Assembly (NCBI GenBank): GCA_027925325.1
Contig: AP027133.1
Location: forward strand, 330,001-362,000
Length of the DNA stretch: 32,000 nucleotides
Direction: 5' to 3'
Origin: Candidatus Saccharimonadota bacterium
GTDB taxonomy: Bacteria > Bacillota_I > Bacilli_A > Mycoplasmatales > Hepatoplasmataceae
The translations under genes were made by a program, and so were the position numbers. The notes beneath the pieces were generated by a model. The model worked only from the letters and a program-made list of their open reading frames with translations, had not been told where the DNA came from and made no database searches. Below, piece after piece: positions 1-9,138 of the stretch; the first letter of the stretch is position 1; every line of letters begins with the position of its first letter.

Positions 1-1538
1 TGTTTTCTTTTTGCAATTTCCATTGATTTTTTAATTGAATAAAAATTAACCGCACTAAAAAAAACACTAGCAAATTCACGAGCTGTAGCCGATTCATAAT
101 TAATTCGATTTTTGGCAAGATAACCATGTAAATTTAAAGCCCCTAGACCGATTGCGTGTAATTCTTTATTAGCTTTATTAATTCCTGGAGCAAATTTAAG
201 TTCTGATAAATCAGTAACAGCTGTTAATGCCTCAACGGCGACAGATACTGTTTTTTCAATATCTTTATTTTCCATAACTTTTGCAATATTTAAAGAACCC
301 AAATTACATAATACATCACGTTTAATTAAATCTTTTTCATCATAATTATTAATAATTGAAGTTTCTTGTAATTGAAATATCTCTGTACAAAGATTACTCA
401 TTTTAATCTGTCCAATATTTTTTAATGGATGAACTTTATTTGCATTATCTTTATACATAATATAAGGATAACCAGATTCAAGTTGAGTTTTTGCGATCTT
501 TAATAATAATTTACGAGCAGAAATATAACTTTTAGCAATTCTTTGGTCATCTACTAATTTTTGATAATCTTTATTGATATCAAGATCATCCAAATCTTTG
601 TGATAATATTTCTTTACATCATAAGGAGAAAAGGTTGCCATCATTTTGTTTTCTTTTGCAAGTTCAAACATTTTATCACTAACAATAAGTCCTAAAGAAA
701 GAAATTGAATTCGATGTTTTTCGTCAGCATTTATCTTTTTTGTATCTAAAAATTCTAATACATCTTTGTGAAAAACATTTAAATAAGCAGCACCAGCGCC
801 ATTTCGTTGATCTAATTTATTTGCAAACGAAAATCCATCTTCTAATAATTTTAAAATTGGCATTATTCCTGCTGTGATATTTCTTACCCCCCTTAAAGAA
901 GAACCTCTTGATCTAATTTTAGAAAGATTAACAGCAACTCCACCGCCAATTTTTGAAAGATGTAATGAAGTTCCAAGAACATAATTAATTGAATTTAATG
1001 TATCGTCCATCTCAAGTAAAAAGCATGAAATCATTTCGCCTGAATTTATTCTGCCTGCATCTTGCATTGTAGGTGTTGCAGGTTGATATCTTCCATTTAT
1101 AATTTCTGTAGCAATATCTTTTGCAATATGATAATTACCACGACCAAGATATAAAGATAAAATTAAAACACGATCAAAATAATCTTCATAATTTATATTT
1201 TTATCGACAGATTTTAAAACATATTCATTTAAAAATTTTTTTGCAGCCATATATGAATCAAATAGATGATTTGTTGATAATAAAAAATCATACAAATCAT
1301 CTATTTGCTGTTTAGAATATCATTTTAAAACTATCGGATTATAAAGTTTAAGATCTGAAAGTTCTTTTATTTTTTCATAACCTTTTTTATCAAATTGATA
1401 ATTTTTATAAAAATTAGCAAGAAAGATATCTCGTGCAATTTTATCTTTATCTAATTGATAAAAATCTGTCTTATCTTTCAATTTGATTTGATTATTTAAT
1501 TTTATATCGATTAAATGCTCATGATAATTAATTTCCAT
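1..1538 (-). CDS. nrdE: Ribonucleotide reductase class Ib alpha subunit NrdE. Only the N-terminal ~512 codons are here; the C-terminus lies beyond the left window edge.
   Basis: ORF 1320..1538 (MEINYHEHLIDIK...) continues in frame through TGA codons to position 1. Hand translation shows the RNR alpha motifs INGRYQPATPTMQDAGRINSGEMISCF (around 1020-1100) and SNLCTEI (around 380-400). It lies directly downstream of nrdI and overlaps it. Confidence 0.9.
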
Positions 1539-1896
1539 TACTTAAAAACTCCAAAATATTTTTTCTGCATTCTTCAATTTGATTATTTGTTCCCGCTAAT
1601 TCAATACTAGCGAAATATTTGACATTATATTCTTTTGAAATAGTTTTTGCTGCCTTACAATAACTCTGTCCTCAATTTCTATTTCCCGATCCAATTACTC
1701 CGATCATTTTTTCACTATTATTTTTTAAAAAAGACTTAACCTCTGGTTGAACTTGGCCAAAGCCAATAGAAGAGGCGATTAAAATATAATTATCATTGAT
1801 TAATAAATCATTTTTAATTTCTTCTATTGGAAATAAATCTAATTTTTCAGCAATTTTTTTTGTATTTCCGGTTAAAGAAAAGAACACAAATTTCAT
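1528..1896 (-). CDS. nrdI: Flavodoxin-like class Ib RNR maturation protein NrdI (122 aa)
   Basis: ORF 1672..1896 (MKFVFFSLTGNTKKIAEKL...IGSGNRN) continues through a TGA (Trp) as GQSYCKAAKTISKEY... to a TAA at 1528-1530. The N-terminal SxTGNT flavodoxin motif is present. The stop overlaps the nrdE ATG by 11 nt. Confidence 0.85.
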
Positions 1897-1986
1897 AGTT
1901 TGCTCACATTACATCCTTTTATTTTTATTATCTTATTTCTGATTAATTTTAATCAAAAAAATTGCAGAATTATTATAATACTTTTT

Positions 1987-3903
1987 TTAAAAATTTATGA
2001 CGATAATTTTATCCTTAATTATCTTTAAATTATAGTTATCTTTATTTTGCAAGTATTTTTTGAATTTTTTTTCTAAATGCCCTCTTAACTCAATTTCTTT
2101 TTTAATATTGAGATTCTCTTTTTTAATAATTTGTCCCCTAAATTTTCCATTTATTTGCACAAGATAAATTTTTTTCGCTTTTTCTAATTTTATTGTATAT
2201 TTTTTAGGTCAATTTTGATTAAAAAAATTAATAATTTTTTTCTCTCTTAAAAAAGCAATTTCTTCTGCGATATGCGGAGCAAAGCATGATAAGATTTGTA
2301 AAAATGATAAACTAATTTCCTTTGTAATTTCTTTGTTTTTATAAAGAAAATTAACAAAAATCATCATTTCTGAAATTGCAAGATTAAATTTTAAATTAGC
2401 GAAATTTGTCTCTATTTTTGCTAATAATTTATTAAAATTATTTTTTAATTGATAATTAGGATTATTTACTTCTTTTAAATTCGCATTTACCGTAAATAAG
2501 CGATAAATTCTTTGCAATCAATTATAGATTCCTGCGATTGATTTATCAGATCAAACCTTATCATCGGCAAGTGGTCCAATAAACATTAAATAAATTCTTA
2601 ATGTATCAGCTCCATATTTAGAGACAATTTGATCAGGATTTATTACATTCCCTTTTGATTTCGACATCTTTTGTCCATTTTCACCCAAAATCATCCCTTG
2701 ATTAAATAAGCGAATAAATGGTTCTTCTATTTTTGTTATTTTTAAATCATATAAAAATAAATGTCAAAATCTTGCATAAAGAAGATGCAAAACAGCATGC
2801 TCTTGTCCGCCAATATAAAGATCGACAGGTAATCATTTATCGATTAATTTTTTAGCTTCTTTTGATTCAAGATCAAGATATTTACCATCGCTTTTTTTTA
2901 ATAAATAACCAATATAATATCAACAAGAACCTGCTCATTGAGGCATTGTATTTAAATCTCTTTTTCCTTTTTTACCATTAATTTCGACATTTATTCAATC
3001 TTTAGCCTGACTCAAAGCTGGTTTTCCATCTGCTGAAAAATGATAATTTTTAATTTCTGGTAATTCAATTGGATATTGATTTTCCGGAATCAAATAAATT
3101 TCACCATCTTCAAAATGAACAATCGGAAATGGTTCACCTCAATATCTCTGTCTTGCAAATATTCAATCTTTTAAATGTAATTTATCTGTAAAATTATTAT
3201 TATTATCTTTTAAATAAATCCAATTTTTTTGTAAATTTTTGATAGATTCAGGTCAATCTAATTTTTCTAATCCTTTAAATAAGCGATCAGCATATTTTGT
3301 AATTTTCAAAACTCACTGTTTCATTTTTTTCTGATAAACAGGAAGTTCATCACGTTCTGCTACTTTTATTCCCTTTTTATTTAAAATAACTTCTTCATTA
3401 GCAAGAACAGTGTTTAATGACGGTGATCAATTAACCTCAATTTCTTTAAGTTCTGCTAATCCATTTTGATAAAGCTTAGCAAAAATTATCTGTGTAGTTT
3501 TGAAATAATTTTTATCAGTTGTGTTTATTTCTTTACTTCAATCAAAAGAAAAAGCTAATTTTTTTAATTGATCACGGAAGTTAGAGATATTTTTTTTAGT
3601 AAAATCTCTTGGTGAGTTTCCCGTTTTAATCGCATATTGCTCAGCTGGTAATCCAAAAGCATCAAAGCCTATTGGATGTAAAACTTCATATCCTTGCATT
3701 TTCTTCATTCTTGCAATAATATCTGTTGCTGTATATCCTTCTGGATGACCAACATGTAAACCAGAACCTGAAGGATATGGAAACATATCTAAAACATAAT
3801 ATTTATTTTTATTTGTATTCAAATTAGTATAAAAAATATTATTTTTTTCTCAATATTTTTGTCATTTTTTTTCAGTTAACAAATGATTATATTTTTTGAT
3901 CAT
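1987..3903 (-). CDS. leuS: Leucyl-tRNA synthetase, short form (638 aa) lacking the CP1 editing domain
   Basis: ATG at 3903 ([24 protein letters not shown]...). The HIGH region is [16 protein letters not shown], the QWAGSCWYY block is present, the KMSKS motif is [10 protein letters not shown], and the stop is TAA at 1987-1989. All fragments (3538..3822, 2209..2517 and those between) join in one frame through TGA codons. Only about 10 residues separate QKNWIYL from [20 protein letters not shown]. Confidence 0.9.
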
Positions 3904-4054
3904 TTTTTCTCCATTATTTTTCTCAGTAAATTTCCTAAAATAATAAATTATTTCAAAAATTAAAATCATGAGAGATAAAAAAGATTATATATAAATATAT
4001 TATAATTTGTAAAATTAACTAAATAATTTAAAAACAAGGTTAAATTTATTCTAA

Positions 4055-5272
4055 ATGGAAAAAATAATTACAGGTTACGATTACAAAAATCGAAAAATTG
4101 AACTTAAAATTTTAAATGGGAAAATTTCTAATATTAAATTTTTAAAAAAAGAGCAGAAAGTTGATGATTTTTTAATTATTCCAGGCTTTATTGATATTCA
4201 TACGTATGGTGGATATGGCTTTGATTGATTAAATGGCAAAAAAGAAAATGCTTTAAGATATTTAAAAGATGTGGCAATACATGAAGGTGTTACCAGTGTT
4301 GTCGGTGTTTTACCGGCATTAGATATTGATAGCTTAAGAATTTCTTTAAAAAATATCTCTGATTTAATTGATAAAAAAAATAATGGCGCTAATTTCATCG
4401 GTTGGCATATCGAAGGTCCTTTTATTGATAAAGATAAACCAGGAAATTTCTTTGATCGATTTTCTGTAAGAAAATTAACAATTTACAATGTTGATCAATA
4501 TTTTAATAAATTTATTAAAACAATTAAAATGATGACAATCGATCCAAAGGATGTAAATAAAGAAATAATTGATATTTTAAATGCTAATGGAATTAAGATA
4601 TTCGCCGGACATACAAAGGCAGAAAAAAAAGATATTATTAGCAAAAAAATCGATGGGATCACTCATTTTAATCACGAAATGATTAAATTAGGCGAAAAAA
4701 AAGATAGTTTAGCAAGATATGCTCTAAAAAGCAATAATATATATATCGAATTTATTAATGATCATATTCATCATAATTTAAAAGAATCTAAAAAAATCTA
4801 TCGTAAGAAAGATAAAAAACATTTAATTTTAATTACTGATTCATTACATGTAAAAGGATTAGAAAATGGTGAATATATCATTTTTAATCGTTACTTTGAA
4901 AAAAAAGATGATGCGGTCTATAACAATAAAGGAAAAGTTGTTGGTTCTGTCCATACAATGCTTAATGCTTTTAGGAATTGAAATTTCTTAGGTGCTTCTT
5001 TAGAAGAATGCATTCTTGCAACCTCAACAAATGCTGCAAATCTTTTAGGTTTAAATAAGGGAAAATTAGAACGTGGTTATGATGCTGATATTTTATTATT
5101 AGATCGAAAAAATTTTGCAATTAAAAACACATATATAAATGGTGTGGAATTAGAAACAAAAGAAGAAAGAAATAAAAGAGAAAAGGGAGAACAACAAGTT
5201 CATCTAAGAAATTTAGAAAAAAAAGATACAACAATTAAAAAAATTTTAAAAAAAGTAAAAAATAAGAAATAA
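4055..5272 (+). CDS. nagA: N-acetylglucosamine-6-phosphate deacetylase (405 aa) with a Lys/Glu-rich C-terminal extension
   Basis: ATG at 4055 (MEKIITGYDYKNRKIELKILNGK...). Amidohydrolase/NagA motifs are PGFIDIHTYGGYGFDW, GWHIEGPFI, FAGHTKA, ITHFNHEM and LITDSL. One TGA lies at 4226-4228 and another at 4979-4981; the stop is TAA at 5270-5272. Confidence 0.8.
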
Positions 5273-5310
5273 TAATTAAGTTGTCAAAAGAGAGTTTAAA
5301 ATAATAAGAA

Positions 5311-5991
5311 ATGAAAATAGTCGTAGAATCATATAAAAAGATTTTAGAAATAACCGCTAATCAAATTATAAATATCGTAAAAGAGCAGGAGAATCCTTAT
5401 TTACTCCTTACTTCTGAAAATTCTTTAATTGATCTTTATCAAAAAATCATTCAATGCTACCGAAATGAAATAATTAGTTTTATTCAAAGTAAAATTTTTA
5501 TTCTTAGTGAATATATAAATTCAGACAAAAATAAAATTTTTGCCCTTAATAAAATTATTGATGATAATTTAATCAAAAAAATTGATCTTAAATCAGAGAA
5601 TTTTTATTATCCAAAAGATGTATTTTCCTATAACCAAATTCTAAATAATATTTCTTTTTTTGATTTTACTCTTCTTTATTTAGATTCCGACTTAAAAATT
5701 TCTTTTAATCATCTAGAAGGAAAATTAATCAATCGTACCAAAATAGTCGGATTATCTGATTATTCAATTAAAAATCGATTTAAAAATGAAGATAATCATC
5801 CACAATTAGCAATTACAATGGGAATTAAAGATATTTTTTATAAAAGTAAAAAAATTTTCTTATTAATTTTAGGAGATGATAAGAAAAAAATAATTAACGA
5901 TATAAGAAATAATAATGGGAAACAATCACAATTTTTAAAATTTTTATTAATGCATCATGATCTTACAATTTTAACTAATGTGAATAATTAA
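5311..5991 (+). CDS. nagB: NagB-like protein (glucosamine-6-phosphate deaminase / 6-phosphogluconolactonase fold), highly divergent, 226 aa
   Basis: It lies immediately downstream of nagA. Segments align by eye to NagB: ISFNHLEG versus IAFNEPAS, and [25 protein letters not shown] versus [23 protein letters not shown]. The expected catalytic positions differ (see findings). Confidence 0.5.
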   Translation: MKIVVESYKKILEITANQIINIVKEQENPYLLLTSENSLIDLYQKIIQCYRNEIISFIQSKIFILSEYINSDKNKIFALNKIIDDNLIKKIDLKSENFYYPKDVFSYNQILNNISFFDFTLLYLDSDLKISFNHLEGKLINRTKIVGLSDYSIKNRFKNEDNHPQLAITMGIKDIFYKSKKIFLLILGDDKKKIINDIRNNNGKQSQFLKFLLMHHDLTILTNVNN

Positions 5992-6025
5992 ATAAAATTA
6001 ATAGGAGATATTTTAAAAATAAACT

Positions 6026-6205
6026 ATGAATACAGATAAAAAAAATGAATTAAAAGAAGCAATACCGATAAATAAGGAATCAGAATTTAAGAAAAATAAA
6101 ATAAAAAATTTAATATATGCTGTTTTATTATTTGTAGTAGGAATATTTTTGATTGGATTAATCATACATACAGAATTTGTAATAGATAATATAAAATCAC
6201 CCTAG
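6026..6205 (+). CDS. Small single-pass membrane protein (59 aa) ending at a TAG. A second TM-encoding ORF continues in the +1 frame to 6341.
   Basis: Translation from ATG 6026 is MNTDKKNELKEAIPINKESEFKKNKIKNLIYAVLLFVVGIFLIGLIIHTEFVIDNIKSP, followed by TAG at 6203-6205. One clear hydrophobic helix is present. I recognise no homology. Confidence 0.35.
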   Translation: MNTDKKNELKEAIPINKESEFKKNKIKNLIYAVLLFVVGIFLIGLIIHTEFVIDNIKSP

Positions 6206-6365
6206 TGACTTAATTAATACTAATTTTTGAATTGAAAATCTAGCTTTATTACATTTCTTTTTAATAGTGGAACTAATTCTTGATATTACTTTTTTTATTT
6301 TTGCTATTTATAATTTTGTTATCTTTTGTAGAAGAAATTAAATTTATATTATTAATTTATAAATT

Positions 6366-6396
6366 AAAAAAACCCTAGTTTTACTAGGGTTTTATA
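6366..6396. terminator. Bidirectional rho-independent terminator between the plus-strand nag module and minus-strand rplQ
   Basis: AAAACCCTAG (6369-6378) pairs perfectly with CTAGGGTTTT (6384-6393) around a 5-nt loop. A-runs and T-runs flank it on both sides, so each strand reads a hairpin followed by a U-tract. Confidence 0.65.
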
Positions 6397-6417
6397 TTAA
6401 ATATGTTTTAAAATATA

Positions 6418-6801
6418 TTAAGTAAATAAAATTATTGAAATAGGAGAATTATCACCTTTTCTATTTCCATATTTTAAAACTCTTGTATATCCACCATTAC
6501 GATTTTTGTATTTAGGAGCGATATCCTCAAATAATTTCTGTAATGCTGTCTTTTCTTTTTTGTTAACGATTACCTTAACATTACGTAGAACTTTTGCTAC
6601 TTCTCTACGAGCGTGTAGATCATCTTTTTTTGCAAGGGTGATTAAACGATCGATCTTTTTTTGTAACTCTTTTGCCTTTGCATGATTAGTAATCAATTTT
6701 TCATGAATAATAAGATCGGTAAGTTGATTTCTTTCAATTCGTTCTGTTCTTGCAAAATCATGAACATTCGATTGTCTCTGAGCAGGATTTTTGTTAGCCA
6801 T
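6418..6801 (-). CDS. rplQ: 50S ribosomal protein L17
   Basis: An intact 127-aa ORF: MANKNPAQRQSNVHDFARTERIERNQL...NGGYTRVLKYGNRKGDNSP. It occupies the canonical position after rpoA. Confidence 0.95.
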   Translation of the reverse strand: MANKNPAQRQSNVHDFARTERIERNQLTDLIIHEKLITNHAKAKELQKKIDRLITLAKKDDLHARREVAKVLRNVKVIVNKKEKTALQKLFEDIAPKYKNRNGGYTRVLKYGNRKGDNSPISIILFT

Positions 6802-6824
6802 TTTAAATCTTCATAAATTCCTTT

Positions 6825-7805
6825 CTATTCTGATTTAAATGAAAGACCAAGATCTTGAACAGATTGAATAATTTCATTTTTAGATTTATCACCTAGATTT
6901 TTAATTGTTTGTAAAGCAGAAACGGGACGATCGATAAGTTCTTCGATTGTTGAGATATCAGCTGCTTTTAAAGCATTTTCTGATCGAACCGATAAATTTA
7001 AAGTTTCAATTGAAGCTTGCAATTGTGAATCAGTCTCTTCTTCTTCTACTTCTTCGATAAAACTTTTTGTAAGATCAATTTCATGCAACTCAGCAAAGGA
7101 TTTAAAATAATTTTCTAAAATTGAACCGGCTGCGGCCACAACTTTTTCTGGTAAAATATTTCCCTTTGTCTCAACTTCTAATGTTAATCTTTCAAAAACT
7201 CTTGATTCTCCCGGATTAACATCACTTATTCTAATATTAACTCTTTCAATCGGTGAAAAATTAGAATCAATCGCAATTATATTACTAATTCCTCCCAACT
7301 TTTCTTTAATAAATAAGCGATTTTCTTCAAATGTTTTAAATCCCTTCGAATATGCAACATAAATTGTCATACTCATCTTTGCCTTTGGGATCATATTTGC
7401 AATTACTAAATCTTTATTTGTAATTTTAAACCCAGCTGGAACTTCAATATCAGCAGCTGTGATTATCTTTTCTCTTTGATTAATATTAAATTTATAAATT
7501 TCGTCGATATCAATTAAATCTTGATCAACTTCAATAATTAAATTCTTTAAATTCAAAACAATTTCTACAACATCTTCATATGTATCAGAAAATGCTTGAA
7601 ATTCATGATTTACACCCTCAAGATTGATCGCAAATGGTGCAGCGCCAGGGATTGATGATAAAATTGTTCTTCGCAATGCCACACCGATCGTATTACCAAA
7701 ACCACGTTCTAATTTTTCTAATGTAAAAACTGCAATATTAGGATTATTCTTTTGTTCTTCATTTTTAATAATTTTTTTAAAAATTGGTTTTAAAAATTTT
7801 TCCAT
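6825..7805 (-). CDS. rpoA: DNA-directed RNA polymerase alpha subunit
   Basis: An intact 326-aa ORF with the N-terminal assembly domain (LERGFGNTIGVALRRTILSSIPGAAP) and the C-terminal domain (LNLSVRSENALKAADISTIEELI). It sits in the rpsK-rpoA-rplQ context. Confidence 0.95.
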   Translation of the reverse strand: MEKFLKPIFKKIIKNEEQKNNPNIAVFTLEKLERGFGNTIGVALRRTILSSIPGAAPFAINLEGVNHEFQAFSDTYEDVVEIVLNLKNLIIEVDQDLIDIDEIYKFNINQREKIITAADIEVPAGFKITNKDLVIANMIPKAKMSMTIYVAYSKGFKTFEENRLFIKEKLGGISNIIAIDSNFSPIERVNIRISDVNPGESRVFERLTLEVETKGNILPEKVVAAAGSILENYFKSFAELHEIDLTKSFIEEVEEEETDSQLQASIETLNLSVRSENALKAADISTIEELIDRPVSALQTIKNLGDKSKNEIIQSVQDLGLSFKSE

Positions 7806-7823
7806 TATTTTTCCTTTATTAAA

Positions 7824-8219
7824 TTATCTTCTTCGCAATTTTTTTGGTTTTTTGACACCATTATGAGGAATTGGTGTTACATTTTTAATATCTGAAACTT
7901 CAATATTTGATGCTTGGAACTGTCTTAAAGCAGAATCTTTTCCCGGACCAACTCCTTTTATTCTAATTGAGATTGTTTTTACACCATTATCAATTGCTGA
8001 TTTAGTAACAGCTTGCGCAACAAGTTGTGCGGCATAAGGAGTTGATTTCTTAGCACCTTTAAATCCAATTGCTCCCGCAGATGATCAACATATTGTATCG
8101 CCTTTTGCATCAGTAATTGTAATGATTGTATTATTAAATGTTGAATGAATATTTGCAATTGCAGAAGGAATATTTTTTTTGATTTTTTTGCGTTTTGCAA
8201 CTTTTTTTGTTTGAGCCAT
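7824..8219 (-). CDS. rpsK: 30S ribosomal protein S11 (131 aa)
   Basis: Hand translation from ATG 8219 is [65 protein letters not shown]...[16 protein letters not shown], with TAA at 7824-7826. One internal TGA (Trp) explains its absence from the ORF track. Track ORF 7979..8200 is the wrong frame of this gene. Confidence 0.9.
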
Positions 8220-8235
8220 TAAAATATTCTCCTAT

Positions 8236-8610
8236 CTATTTTTTAACTTTCTTTTTATTAGCAACAGTTTTACGAGGACCTTTACGTGTTCTTGCGTTTT
8301 GTTTTGAAGATTGACCACGTACTGGTAACCCTTGTCGATGTCTCATTCCTCGATAAGTTTTAATTTCCATTAAACGTTTAATGTTTAATTGAACTTCTCT
8401 TTTTAAATCACCTTCTGTAAGATATTTTGCTGCCTCTTTACGAATTCTTCTTAATTCTTCTTCTGATAAATTTTTTACTTTTTTTTCTGGATCAATCTTT
8501 GCATCAAGACATATTTTCTTCCCGATTGAGATTCCGATTCCAAAAATATAAGTAAGCGAAACCCTAACTGCCTTATCATCAGGAATTTCTATATTTAAAA
8601 TACGAGCCAT
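8236..8610 (-). CDS. rpsM: 30S ribosomal protein S13
   Basis: An intact 124-aa ORF: [26 protein letters not shown]...[26 protein letters not shown]. Confidence 0.95.
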   Translation of the reverse strand: MARILNIEIPDDKAVRVSLTYIFGIGISIGKKICLDAKIDPEKKVKNLSEEELRRIRKEAAKYLTEGDLKREVQLNIKRLMEIKTYRGMRHRQGLPVRGQSSKQNARTRKGPRKTVANKKKVKK

Positions 8611-8631
8611 TTATTACCTTTCTTTTTCTTT

Positions 8632-8745
8632 TTATCCTTGGCGTTGACGATGCTTTGGATTTTTACAAATAACTTGTAATTTTCCTTTTCTTTTTATAAC
8701 TTGGCACTGGTTACAAATTGGTTTGACAGAACTTCTAACTTTCAT
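8632..8745 (-). CDS. rpmJ: 50S ribosomal protein L36 (37 aa)
   Basis: Hand translation is [45 protein letters not shown] lies 7 nt upstream of the ATG at 8745. The ORF is too short for the track. Confidence 0.9.
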   Translation of the reverse strand: MKVRSSVKPICNQCQVIKRKGKLQVICKNPKHRQRQG

Positions 8746-8827
8746 CTTATGCCTCCATTTTAAAACTTTATATTAATAGTTGGATAAATTATAGATTGAT
8801 AGTTATCGCAATTACTAATATAGTTTT

Positions 8828-8854
8828 AATAAAAATGTATGTTTAAAACATACA
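8828..8854 (-). terminator. Weak terminator or attenuator hairpin in the infA-rpmJ spacer
   Basis: Palindrome TGTATGTT/AACATACA (8836-8843 and 8847-8854) forms the stem. On the minus strand a TTTTTATT tract follows it (plus-strand 8828-8835). The stem is AT-rich and therefore weak. Confidence 0.35.
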
Positions 8855-8924
8855 CTAATATTTTACCATATAATGATCTATATAAATTTTTATTCAGTAA
8901 ATAAAACTTCTTTATTTATTTTGA

Positions 8925-9134
8925 TCATCCTCGATAGACAATTACCCCTTTTGAAAGATCATATGGTGTAATCCTTACCATTACTTTGTCGCCATTTACC
9001 ATTTTAATATAGTTTGTGCGAATTTTACCTGAGGGACGACAATGAACTAAATGATTATTTTCATCTAATCGAACTCTAAATTCACCTTTTGGTAAAATTG
9101 CATCGATATATCCCTTAACAATAAACTCTTCCAT
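8925..9134 (-). CDS. infA: Translation initiation factor IF-1
   Basis: An intact 69-aa ORF with an S1-like fold sequence: MEEFIVKGYIDAILPKGEFRVRLDENNHLVHCRPSGKIRTNYIKMVNGDKVMVRITPYDLSKGVIVYRG. Confidence 0.95.
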   Translation of the reverse strand: MEEFIVKGYIDAILPKGEFRVRLDENNHLVHCRPSGKIRTNYIKMVNGDKVMVRITPYDLSKGVIVYRG

Positions 9135-9138
9135 GTTA

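Noticed and set aside
1897-1986. Possible NrdR box or regulatory element upstream of nrdI-nrdE.
   Set aside because: Only a TATAAT-like -10 (minus-strand GTATTATAAT) and a very weak AT hairpin are present. I could not see a palindromic NrdR-box-like motif.
2209-3822. Apparent fragmentation of leuS into many short ORFs, suggesting pseudogenes. The same pattern appears in secY, sigA, dnaG, glyQS, era, hrcA and grpE.
   Set aside because: Every interruption is a TGA and all fragments of each gene share one frame. The TGA sites coincide with conserved Trp positions. This is table 4 decoding, not gene decay.
3904-4054. Possible T-box or other riboswitch leader upstream of leuS. I also checked upstream of glyQS at 18339-18370.
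   Set aside because: I found no T-box conserved sequence, specifier-loop or antiterminator-like structure. The glyQS upstream region is coding sequence of the preceding gene. The leuS-nagA spacer looks like plain divergent promoter DNA.
7624-7866. Plus-strand ORF of 80 aa overlapping the rpoA start. The class also includes antisense or off-frame ORFs at 1121..1315 (+), 4198..4398 (-), 12827..13030 (+), 17554..17853 (+), 22883..23152 (+), 29004..29270 (+) and 31609..31821 (-, off-frame within hrcA).
   Set aside because: All lie entirely within well-supported conserved genes, either antisense or in another frame. Their products are hydrophobic or low-complexity, as expected from AT-rich antisense sequence, and they lack SD sequences.
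7979-8200. Track ORF of 73 aa ([18 protein letters not shown]...) on the minus strand.
   Set aside because: It is an alternative frame of the rpsK region. The correct frame gives a textbook S11 sequence with one TGA. The 73-aa product is low-complexity L/Q-rich.
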